Shown here piece by piece: positions 18,008 through 27,216 of a stretch of 64,000 nucleotides of DNA. Each line of letters opens with the position of its first letter. Positions within the stretch are counted from its first letter, which is position 1. The stretch is from Nitrospirota bacterium. Its GTDB lineage: Bacteria; Nitrospirota; Thermodesulfovibrionia; Thermodesulfovibrionales; Dissulfurispiraceae. The DNA lies in assembly GCA_040754455.1 (NCBI GenBank), contig JBFMCP010000010.1:19540-83539 (forward strand), written 5' to 3'. The notes beneath the pieces are model-generated. The model had not been told where the DNA came from. It did no database searches and saw nothing but the letters and a program-made list of their open reading frames with translations. Made by a program: the position numbers and the translations under genes.

Positions 18008-21000
18008 GACGCGTATTCCGGTGGGTATCGATTCTTCTTCTGCTCTTCCTGATTGCAGCAGCAGGGATCACCGCCTTTTTTGTTTCTACTGAGAGAGGGC
18101 TGCAATGGCTTCTTCCCAGAGTAATTCCCTACATTCCCGGCGAGCTCTCCTTCCGATCGGTTCGGGGACGCCTCATCGGTCCGCTTGTGTTCAGAGGTGT
18201 ACGGTACCATACCGACACGACGGTAATCACTACGAATTCCCTCGTGTTTGACTGGGCCCCTCTCTTCCTGTTTTCGGGAGAATTTTACATCTCAGAACTA
18301 AAGGCCCGGGGATTAGTAATAAAGACCCTGGACGGAAAGGAGTCGCAGAAAGAAGGGGTCGAGCTTCCACAGATAAATGTGCCTCCTTTCCCCATAACGG
18401 TCAAGGACGCCTCCTTCAACGATATCATGGTGCAGAGCGGCGATACCACCCCTCGCATCATTGACCGCATCGCCTTCGAAATGAGTACCGGTCTCAATGT
18501 CGTTCTGTTTAGAAGGCTTGCGGTCGACGCACCCGAGTTCCGACTGGCGGCGAAAGGAAAGGTGAGACCGAGCGGCGATTATGCATTCAGCGCCGGCACT
18601 CAGTGGTCTGTTTCACCAAAGGGTTATCCAACAATCAAGGGAAGCGGCTCTATAAAAGGCAGCCTGAAGGAGCTTGCCCTGGAACAGCGCCTGAGCGCTC
18701 CCACTGATGCCCATATCGAGGCGACCATTGCTGCCCCATTTACAGCACTGCAATGGAAAGCGCGGCTGAAAGTTACTCGCTTCAACCCCCAAACAATCAA
18801 CCGGCAGTGGCCTGCACTGCTCCTGAGCGGCGATCTTCAGGGTGCTGGCGATCAATCATTCTTTGCTGTCAGCGGTACCTATACCGCTGCACATGGCAGC
18901 TATGGTACGGCTTCAGGGCGCTTGATGCTCTCCTACAATGGACGCATATGGAATCTGCAACATCTCAGCGCTGCGCTCCATGACAGCACAGCCCGAGCTG
19001 AGCTGAGCGGCACGTATACGCAGCTGGTCTCGGATAGGGAGCGTGGTTCCCTCACCCTTAAAGGCGCATGGAGCAATCTCACGTGGCCTCTGCAGACAAA
19101 AGCGCCGATATTGACGAGCAGTGATGGGTCGTTCAGCGTGTCAGGCGTTCCGGATGACTATTCTTTTTCACTGAGCGGTCATCTCGCCGGAAAGAGCATT
19201 CCTGAGGGGCGCTGGTCAGCGCGCGGCCGTGGCGATACATCGTCTGTTAAATCCGCTGCACTGCAAGGTTCTCTCCTTGGAGGAGAGGTCAGGGCAGAGG
19301 GGAGGGTAAGCTGGAAGCCTGGCATTGTCTGGCATATGTCCATGTCGTGCAAGGGACTCGACCCCGGCAGACTCTGGCCCGCATGGCCGGGCAAACTCTC
19401 CGTAAGGGGGAGAATATCAGGGGATATCCACCAAACAAGGCAGATCCTGGTTGATCTGTCGGAAGCGAACGGAAAGCTGCGCGGCTATCCCCTTTCTGCA
19501 TCACTGCGTCTGTTGATGAATAACGGGAATTACCGGCTGGCCAGGTCGAGAATCGTATCGGGCAGGGCTGTCATTGCTGCGTCGGGTACTCTCTCAGACA
19601 GATGGGATTTCAGATGGAGCGCCGCCGCCCCTGAATTGAACGCACTGGTCCCCGGGGTCAAAGGCTCACTCAACGGCAGCGGCACGCTGCGTGGTCCCCG
19701 CAAAGAGCCGCTGATTACCGCCGACCTCAATGGTAATAATCTGCGATATAAGGAATACCGTGCAGGAAGGCTCATGATGGAGGGGACAGTGGATATGGCG
19801 GATATCCGCGACTCGAGAGTCACCATGCAGGTTGCCGGCGTAAGCAGTGGTGAACTGCGCCTTGCACGGCTTGCGATTGAGGCAAAAGGCAAGGTTCGTT
19901 CCCATACCATAGCAGCGACCGCAACGACCGGGAAGTTTTCGATTCCTCTGTTCCTGAGGGGAGGATATGCCGGAAGGAAATGGGAGGGGACGCTCGAAAA
20001 AGCGCACATAAGATCGGAAGACTACGGCATATGGTCGCTCGAGCGGGCAGGACCTCTCATGGTCGATGCTGCGGCTGGTACGGCACGGGCAGGGCAGTGG
20101 TGCCTGAGCAGATCGAGCTCTCGATTATGCCTTTACGGCATATGGGACGGCTCCAGGGGCTCGCAGGGAGAGATTACCGCACGCATGATACCCCTTGCCT
20201 TTCTTCAACCGCTGCTCCCCCGGGGTGTGACTGTTGACGGGGTGTTCAACGGTACTGCTCAGGCGGCATATCGCGATAAGGCACTTACCGGGAGTATGAG
20301 CATTGCTACGCCGCCGGGAGTGATCTCTTATCCGCTGACGGAAAAGGAAATCGCTAAGCTCTCCTATACGTCGCTGTCGCTTTCCGCACAGCTCTCGAAA
20401 AAGGCGCTGACAGCACGGCTCGATCTGCCGCTGACCGATGGCGGGTTTGTGGCCGGTTCTGTGCTGCTCCCCGGTTTTTCGCCTTTTGCACCCTCATGGA
20501 GGGCACAGGAAATGGAGGGGGAGATTTCGGGTCAAGTAAAGGATGTCGGCATCATCTCTGCAGTATTGCCTTCATTCGAGAGGGTAAGCGGCCGGCTTGC
20601 AATGAATCTTGCTCTCTCCGGCACTATTGCGAACCCACTGGTCACCGGACAAGCGGGCATCGAGCGTGGCGCCGCAACCGTGCCGGACCTGGGCATACGC
20701 CTGACCGATCTCCGCCTGCAGTTTTCTCCTGAAGGGGACAGAAAGGTGCGCATCACTGGCAGTGCGACTTCGGGCACGGGGACCATCGCCCTGCGCGGCG
20801 AGGCAGCTCTGTTGCCCGAGCAGGGATGGCCGCTCTCCCTGAACATCACAGGGAAGAACTTCGAACTGCTGCGCAGGTCTGAAGCGACAATTATAGCCTC
20901 ACCGGATATCTTATTAACGATGAGAGATCGGAAGGTCGAGGTGTCGGGAGAGTTGCGCATCCCGCAGGCCATGGTACGACCGCGCAGCGCCTCTGAAGGA

Positions 21001-21795
21001 GCAGTGCCGGTATCCGAAGATGTCGTGATCGTCACCCGTGAAAAACAGGAGCAACAGCAAAAGAAAGAAGAGAAATGGAAAATCTACAGCAACGTGCGGA
21101 TCATTCTCGGAAACGATGTCCAATTCAGAGGCTTCGGGCTGACCGGCAATGTGCGGGGCAGTGTGTTCGTCACCGATATGCCGGGGGAGCTGACCACTGC
21201 GCGCGGCGAATTATCGATCGTGAACGGCCGTTACAAGGCATACGGTCAGACGCTACAGATCGATCGCGGCCGACTTATCTATGTCGGCGGCCCTATAACA
21301 AATCCCGCAGTTGATATGCGGGCTGTCAGGAAGGTCGAGGATGTTACGAAAGATATTACGGTAGGGGTTAATGTGCAGGGGACTCTCAGGAACCCCCGTC
21401 TGACGCTGTTTTCGAATCCGTCAATGGAACAGACGCAGATCCTTTCCTATCTTATTCTCGGCCGTCCCCTCCAGAGCGCGACGGCCGAGCAGGGGAATCT
21501 CCTCTACGAGGCAGCGCAGTCACTCTCGTTGAGCGGCGGAGAGGCGCTTGCACAAAGCCTCGGCAGGAGCTTCGGCATAAGGGACGTGCGGGTACAGCGG
21601 GGGCGGACGCTCGAGGAGGCGTCCTTGGTGTTAGGCACCTATCTGTCGCCGCGTCTTTACGTCAGCTACGGCATCGGCCTTTTCGAGACCGTCGGCAACA
21701 TCGTCATCCGCTATGATATCAGCAAACGGTTGCAACTGAGAGTGGAATCGGGAATAAAGAGCAGCGCCGATATTCTCTATAAGTTTGAGCGGTGA
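18004..21795 (+). CDS. tamB: Translocation and assembly module TamB
   Basis: N-terminal anchor, long beta-rich body, C-terminal GRYKAYGQTL..LSYLILGR..YLSPRLYVSYG; overlaps the tamA stop. Confidence 0.92.
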   Translation: MRRVFRWVSILLLLFLIAAAGITAFFVSTERGLQWLLPRVIPYIPGELSFRSVRGRLIGPLVFRGVRYHTDTTVITTNSLVFDWAPLFLFSGEFYISELKARGLVIKTLDGKESQKEGVELPQINVPPFPITVKDASFNDIMVQSGDTTPRIIDRIAFEMSTGLNVVLFRRLAVDAPEFRLAAKGKVRPSGDYAFSAGTQWSVSPKGYPTIKGSGSIKGSLKELALEQRLSAPTDAHIEATIAAPFTALQWKARLKVTRFNPQTINRQWPALLLSGDLQGAGDQSFFAVSGTYTAAHGSYGTASGRLMLSYNGRIWNLQHLSAALHDSTARAELSGTYTQLVSDRERGSLTLKGAWSNLTWPLQTKAPILTSSDGSFSVSGVPDDYSFSLSGHLAGKSIPEGRWSARGRGDTSSVKSAALQGSLLGGEVRAEGRVSWKPGIVWHMSMSCKGLDPGRLWPAWPGKLSVRGRISGDIHQTRQILVDLSEANGKLRGYPLSASLRLLMNNGNYRLARSRIVSGRAVIAASGTLSDRWDFRWSAAAPELNALVPGVKGSLNGSGTLRGPRKEPLITADLNGNNLRYKEYRAGRLMMEGTVDMADIRDSRVTMQVAGVSSGELRLARLAIEAKGKVRSHTIAATATTGKFSIPLFLRGGYAGRKWEGTLEKAHIRSEDYGIWSLERAGPLMVDAAAGTARAGQWCLSRSSSRLCLYGIWDGSRGSQGEITARMIPLAFLQPLLPRGVTVDGVFNGTAQAAYRDKALTGSMSIATPPGVISYPLTEKEIAKLSYTSLSLSAQLSKKALTARLDLPLTDGGFVAGSVLLPGFSPFAPSWRAQEMEGEISGQVKDVGIISAVLPSFERVSGRLAMNLALSGTIANPLVTGQAGIERGAATVPDLGIRLTDLRLQFSPEGDRKVRITGSATSGTGTIALRGEAALLPEQGWPLSLNITGKNFELLRRSEATIIASPDILLTMRDRKVEVSGELRIPQAMVRPRSASEGAVPVSEDVVIVTREKQEQQQKKEEKWKIYSNVRIILGNDVQFRGFGLTGNVRGSVFVTDMPGELTTARGELSIVNGRYKAYGQTLQIDRGRLIYVGGPITNPAVDMRAVRKVEDVTKDITVGVNVQGTLRNPRLTLFSNPSMEQTQILSYLILGRPLQSATAEQGNLLYEAAQSLSLSGGEALAQSLGRSFGIRDVRVQRGRTLEEASLVLGTYLSPRLYVSYGIGLFETVGNIVIRYDISKRLQLRVESGIKSSADILYKFER

Positions 21796-22000
21796 AGGGG
21801 AAAAGAGTTGCCTTACAGGTATCTGCGCCCTGCCCGTACAACTGCCGTTTTTTACCCTACATACTATTCCAATAGGGAGTAATGGACTGTTCGTCAAGCA
21901 AAAGAGAGTGTACTATTGAAGCATCCTTGATGATCTTTAAATATTTGCATATTTAAACCAAGTTTCATTATGGATGTTTCCAATGAACGGGGGATGAGTG

Positions 22001-22029
22001 TTGACATGCTGCAGACAGTATGATAAGTC
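22001..22029 (+). promoter_or_regulatory. Putative sigma70 promoter
   Basis: TTGACA-17 nt-TAAGTC with an extended TG. Confidence 0.4.
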
Positions 22030-22151
22030 TTGAATAAGATGGCGGGATCAAGAGACTTCCTCCTCAGAAGAGCTCACCACACAGTACTCCCCACATGCAT
22101 GCTGTGCCTCTTGATTTCATTCGTATCCAACCGAAAAGGAGGTGAGATACC

Positions 22152-22538
22152 ATGAGAATGGCGAAAGGATTCGTATTAGTTATTTTGTGTGTCAGTTTTA
22201 CGATGCAGGGATGTGCGGCCATGCGAGGGGGACAGGAGTATGGAGAGGCCGGATCGACGTTTTCAAACGGGGCACTTATTACGGATTACAAGGCTGATGT
22301 CCTTAAAACCGTCGATGCCTCCCGGGCAGCGTTGAGAGATTTCAATATGACGATTACCAGCGCGCAAAAAGATGCAACCGGAGGAGTAATCACCGCGAGG
22401 ATGTCTGATGGGACGGATGTCGCTATTTCCTTGAGGGCCAAAGACTCCGATGTTACTACAGCCAGCATTAGAGCTGGAACAGGAGGAGATGAAGAACTCT
22501 CCAGAGCGATCAGCCGGAGGATCGAGGCGCATCTGTAG
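22152..22538 (+). CDS. DUF3568-like lipoprotein
   Basis: Lipobox MQGC; ASRAAL..MTIT...IRAGTGGDEELSRAI; strong RBS AGGAGGTG. Confidence 0.7.
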   Translation: MRMAKGFVLVILCVSFTMQGCAAMRGGQEYGEAGSTFSNGALITDYKADVLKTVDASRAALRDFNMTITSAQKDATGGVITARMSDGTDVAISLRAKDSDVTTASIRAGTGGDEELSRAISRRIEAHL

Positions 22539-22633
22539 ACCATGAGCGCAGTGCTTTTGATGACACTATACCACAGAGGCGACACGGCGTTGATGTCGTG
22601 TCGCTTCCAATAGGCACATAAGGAGGTACCATC

Positions 22634-23014
22634 ATGAGAAGCGTACAAGGAAGTGCGTGTGCACTTTTATTAGCAGGGCTGCTCGTCGTAGGGTGCGCGT
22701 CGGCACCGGCCACCAAATCCGCCGCCTATACGCAGGGAGAACTGCATGCGGTGTATCCGAATACCATGTTCAGGACGTTCGAGGCTTCCCGTGCTGCACT
22801 GCAGGATCTCGATATGACCATTACTAACTCGCAGCGGGATACAAACAGAGGGGTCATTGATGCAGTGAGGAAAGATGGAACGAGAGTCCATCTGACTTTC
22901 CAGGCCCAGAGGCCGGATGTGACTGAGACAGCCATTAAAGTCGGAACCTTTGGCTCTGAAGACATCTCCAGAGATATAAGCCGACGAATAGAGCGGAATC
23001 TGGAAAGAGGATAA
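22634..23014 (+). CDS. DUF3568-like lipoprotein (tandem paralog)
   Basis: Lipobox VVGC; ASRAALQDLDMTIT..IKVGTFGSEDISRDISRRIE aligns with the upstream gene. Confidence 0.7.
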   Translation: MRSVQGSACALLLAGLLVVGCASAPATKSAAYTQGELHAVYPNTMFRTFEASRAALQDLDMTITNSQRDTNRGVIDAVRKDGTRVHLTFQAQRPDVTETAIKVGTFGSEDISRDISRRIERNLERG

Positions 23015-23056
23015 AGCAGAGCGTTTATGCCTCATTGCCGGTGGAGGAATTGGGCT

Positions 23057-24031
23057 ATGAAAATAGGGTTTCATGCCTCCCATGAGCAGTTCAAACCGAG
23101 CCGGTTGCTTGAATTAGCAAAAATGGCGGAGGATGCCGGGTTCCATGCCGCCATGTGTTCCGACCACTTTCATCCATGGAGCCCCCGCCAGGGAGAAAGC
23201 GGGTACGCATGGTCATGGCTGGGGGCGGCGCTGCTGGCGACCTCTCTTCCTTTCGGGATCGTCTGTGCACCGGGCCAGAGATATCATCCTGCGATCATAG
23301 CACAGGCAGCCGCAACGCTTGCCGAGATGTTTCCCGATCGCTTGTGGGTTGCCGTGGGGAGCGGCCAATTGCTCAACGAGGCGATTACCGGAGAGCGTTG
23401 GCCCCCGAAAGCGGAGCGGAACGAACGGCTGCTTGAGTGCGCCGAGATCATGCGCTCGTTATGGGCAGGGGAAACGGTGACGCACCACGGCCTTGTCGTG
23501 GTCGAGGAAGCGAAGATATACACCCGTCCGTTGCGAGCGCCGCTCCTTATCGGTGCTGCCATTACTCCCGAGACCGCAGAGTGGATCGGCGGGTGGGCGG
23601 ACGGCCTGATCACCATATCCGGACCTCAGACGGAGATGAAGGCAGTGGTGGAGGCCTTCCGCAGTGGCGGCGGTGAGGGGAAGCCGATGTTCCTCCAGAT
23701 GCAGATTTCATACGCTCCTATGGAAGAGGAGGCGCTGCAGGGTGCCTGGGATCAATGGCGGAGTACTATTCTCAAGAGCTCGGTCCTCAGCGATCTCCGT
23801 TCTCCTGAAAGTATCGACAGTGCAGCCGCATTTGTTACTCCTGAAGACATGCGCGGCCCGGTGCAGATATCCGCCGACAGCAACCGGTTCATAGAGTGGC
23901 TGCAGGAATTCTCTGCGATGGGCTTCGAGAATATTTATGTTCATAATGTAAACCTCGATCAGAAACGTTTTATCGAGGAGTTCGGGGAGCATGTGCTCCC
24001 CGTCTTTTCCGGAGCAGGCACGACGGTATAA
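23057..24031 (+). CDS. LLM-class flavin-dependent oxidoreductase (TIGR03885-like)
   Basis: MKIGFHASHEQFKPS, SDHFHPW, RYHPAIIAQAAATL, HNVNLDQ. Confidence 0.85.
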   Translation: MKIGFHASHEQFKPSRLLELAKMAEDAGFHAAMCSDHFHPWSPRQGESGYAWSWLGAALLATSLPFGIVCAPGQRYHPAIIAQAAATLAEMFPDRLWVAVGSGQLLNEAITGERWPPKAERNERLLECAEIMRSLWAGETVTHHGLVVVEEAKIYTRPLRAPLLIGAAITPETAEWIGGWADGLITISGPQTEMKAVVEAFRSGGGEGKPMFLQMQISYAPMEEEALQGAWDQWRSTILKSSVLSDLRSPESIDSAAAFVTPEDMRGPVQISADSNRFIEWLQEFSAMGFENIYVHNVNLDQKRFIEEFGEHVLPVFSGAGTTV

Positions 24032-24093
24032 GGCGGTTTCCCGCATTGATAAACCATCGCCTGCCACAGTCGTGTCCTGCCAGGAGCTATTGA

Positions 24094-25534
24094 ATGGCCA
24101 ATGCACAGTACTACAAGCCCATTTCAGATTATGCGACGATAGGCAATTTGCGCACCGTCGCGCTCATAGCCCGCGACGGATCGATCGACTGGTGCTGTTT
24201 CACCCATCTTGGCAGCCCGAGTGTCTTTGCTGCCCTCCTTGACGTCAGACGGGGGGGGGACGCTTCAGGATATCGGCCATCGGAGCACGCAGGGGAGAAC
24301 AGCGCTATATCGAAGATACCAATGTCCTTGAGACCATTTTCCTGACCGCAACAGGGGCGCTCACGGTGACGGATGTGGTGCCGCTTTCAGGGAATATCAT
24401 GGTGAGCGGCGGATCGTCTGCACCGCATGAGATACATCGCATTCTCCATTGCGAGGGTGCGGAGACTGAGATCGAAGTGGAGTGGTCCCCCCGTTTCGAT
24501 TACGCCCGTGAGCATACCCGCATAGGGCAGCATGGACGGGGGTGGCTGGCCTCCGGAGGGAAAGCTAAGATGTCTTTATGCGGCGTGGGCAACGCCGATG
24601 TCGTGGATGAAGGCTTTGGTCCTGTGCTCAGGGCGCGGTTCAGAATGAAGGCCGGAGAATACCGCTTTGAGGGATACCGTGGCTCTCGTCCGGTCCGCAT
24701 CGGAAACGGCGCAGCGGAACAGCTGCAGCTCGGGGTCTACGGCGAGGTCATGAACACGGCATACGAGCTGGCGCGACGGGGCAAGCATACATCGGAGCCG
24801 AACATCATAGAATTTCTCCGCAATGCCGCTGATCATATCTGCGCGGTATGGCCTGAGCCTGATCAGGGGATATGGGAGATGCGGGGTGAGCCGCGCCATT
24901 TTACGTATTCGAAAGTTATGGCATGGGTAGCGCTCGATCGGGCAGTCCATCTCTCTGAAGAGTACGGACTGCCTGGTAACGTAGGGAGGTGGAGCAACGC
25001 AAGGGACCGTATCCGTGAACAGGTCCTTGCACATGGCTACAATAAGGAAGTCGGTGCATTCGTCCAGTCGTTCGGCTCCCTCGACCTGGATGCGGCAAAC
25101 CCGCGGATACCCCTGCTTGAGTTTCTGCCCATTGATGATCCACGGGTGCAGGGCACTATCGACCGTACGCTGGAGCATCTCACCGACAACGGACTCGTCT
25201 GCCGTTATCGCAATGACGACGGATTGCCCGGGACTGAGGGCGCCTTCGGTCTCTGCACCTTCTGGCTCGTTGATGTGCTTGCGCTTTCAGGGAGGCTTGA
25301 GGAGGCACGAGGGATATTTGAAAATGCGATACGGCATGCAAATCATGCAGGACTTTTCCGGAGCAGTTCGATACTGACACCGGGGAGTTCCTCGGAAACT
25401 TTCCGCAGGCATTCACGCACATCGGGCTTATCAACAGCGTCCTTTACCTGGCCTACGCCGAAGGTAGGGATATCCCCGAGCATGCGCCGGTCGGTACGCC
25501 GGCTCACCGGAAGCTCATCGGCAGAAGCTGGTAG
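24094..25534 (+). pseudogene. GH15 (trehalase/glucoamylase-like) pseudogene
   Basis: Frameshift at the G9 run 24251-24259; large in-frame internal deletion near 24665 relative to the paralog at 36239-38884; second frameshift near 25358, after which FLGNFPQAFTHIGLINS resumes. Confidence 0.85.
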
Positions 25535-25585
25535 CAAAAAGCTACCGGGATTTGTCTTGACCTATATTCCCCCCGGAGGAGCTCT

Positions 25586-26797
25586 ATGCAGCATGAATGG
25601 AGAAACTGGTCCGGCAGTTTCAGGTTCACCCCCGCGAGTACCGAGGCGCCCGCCGGCGAGGAAGAGCTTTCGAAGATCGTACAGCGCGCGGCGGCCGAGG
25701 GGCGCACGGTGCGAGTGGTGGGTGCAGGACACTCATCCTCTCCGCTCGTGCAGACCGAGGATATTCTCATCTCAATGGAAAGGCTCAAGGGAGTGGAGTC
25801 TCACGATACCAGTGTCCGTGAAGTCACGATAAAGTCCGGAATGATGCTCAGGGAGGCGAACCGGGCCTTTCTCGATCTCGGCCTGGCGTTGGAGAACCTG
25901 GGCGATGTAGACCTGCAGTCTCTCGGCGGCGCCATAGGCACGGGCACTCACGGCACGGGGAAGCGGCTTCATATCCTCTCACATCATCTCATCGGCGGGC
26001 GTCTGATCAACGGCAGGGGCGAGCTTATCGAGTTCTCCATGGAAAGAGATCCTGATTTTGTGCTCGCCGCACGGGTCGTTCTCGGGACACTCGGGATCTT
26101 CACCGCGCTCAAGCTCCGCCTCGTCCCCGTGTTCCACCTTCATCGGAAAGAGTGGTGCACTCATATCGAAGATTGCATGGCCAACCTCGACCGGCTGATC
26201 GAGGAAAACAGGAATTTCGATTTCTACTGGTATCCGCGGAGTGATGAGGCCAAGCTCAGGACGCTTAACTTCGAGGAAGAGGAGCAGAGAGCGATCCCCT
26301 ACGCTCGATGCGTTAAGGAAATGTCCGGGTGGAGCGGTGAGGTCATCCCCCGACAGCGCGAGCTCAGGTTCGACGAGATTGAGTTTTTCTTTCCTGCCGA
26401 GTCAGCCCCCGCTTGTTTCAGGGAAGTGCGAAAGCGGGTGAAGCAGCGGCATCGAAAGAATGTCGGCTGGCGGGTGCTCTACCGCACGATTGCTGCCGAT
26501 GATGCGTACTTGAGCGGCGCCCATGGCTGTGATTCGGCCACGATCTCCCTGCACCAGAACACTATGCTTCCTTATGAGGAATACTTCAAGGATATAGAGT
26601 CTATTTTCCGCGCTTATGGAGGACGACCTCACTGGGGAAAGAAGCATTATCTGAAAGCCGAGGACCTGAAGCCGCTCTACCCCCTGTGGGACCGCTTCCT
26701 TGAGTTCCGGCAACAAATGGATCCTGAGGGAGTGTTCCTGAATCCCTATTTGGGCGAGATCCTCGGGTGCGAGCGAGCGGCATCGCTGCGTGCCTGA
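25586..26797 (+). CDS. FAD-linked oxidase (aldonolactone oxidase / ALO family)
   Basis: WRNWSG, VRVVGAGHS, GAIGTGTHG, GGRPHWGK, DPEGVFLN. Confidence 0.88.
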   Translation: MQHEWRNWSGSFRFTPASTEAPAGEEELSKIVQRAAAEGRTVRVVGAGHSSSPLVQTEDILISMERLKGVESHDTSVREVTIKSGMMLREANRAFLDLGLALENLGDVDLQSLGGAIGTGTHGTGKRLHILSHHLIGGRLINGRGELIEFSMERDPDFVLAARVVLGTLGIFTALKLRLVPVFHLHRKEWCTHIEDCMANLDRLIEENRNFDFYWYPRSDEAKLRTLNFEEEEQRAIPYARCVKEMSGWSGEVIPRQRELRFDEIEFFFPAESAPACFREVRKRVKQRHRKNVGWRVLYRTIAADDAYLSGAHGCDSATISLHQNTMLPYEEYFKDIESIFRAYGGRPHWGKKHYLKAEDLKPLYPLWDRFLEFRQQMDPEGVFLNPYLGEILGCERAASLRA

Positions 26798-26813
26798 AGC
26801 GGGGAGGCGAAGT

Positions 26814-27188
26814 ATGAAGACCATAGGCAGGACGACCTGGGCCATACCGGGAGGGCATATCCCCCTGCGCAGCACCGGACCGGAGCCGGACTTCACCATC
26901 AATGACGAGCTCTGCATCCTGAATGCAGGCCGTCAGGACGCGAAGGTTGAGATCACCGTATTCTATGCAGACCGCGACCCTGTCGGGCCGTACCGTCTCA
27001 CCGTACCGGCCAGACGGACGAGGCACGTGCGATTCAATGACCTAATCGATCCCGAGGCCATGCCGCTCGACACCGGCGATGCCTGCATCGTCGATGCGGA
27101 TGTTCCTATCGTCGTCCAGTTCAACCGTCGCGATACGAGTCAGGCCGAAAATGCCCTTCTGGGTGTCATAGCCTTTCCGGTCGACTGA
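26814..27188 (+). CDS. Sensory rhodopsin transducer (ASRT) family protein
   Basis: IGRTTWAIPGGHIP, CILNAG, GPYRLTVPARRTRHVRFNDLIDPE, PIVVQ..RRDTSQAENAL. Confidence 0.85.
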   Translation: MKTIGRTTWAIPGGHIPLRSTGPEPDFTINDELCILNAGRQDAKVEITVFYADRDPVGPYRLTVPARRTRHVRFNDLIDPEAMPLDTGDACIVDADVPIVVQFNRRDTSQAENALLGVIAFPVD

Positions 27189-27216
27189 TCTCCGGGAGAC
27201 AAGGAACCCCCCTGTT

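Noticed and set aside
24366..25832. 488-aa ORF as an intact GH15 enzyme
   Set aside because: It lacks the N-terminus and a catalytic segment, and its last ~150 residues are out-of-frame read-through.
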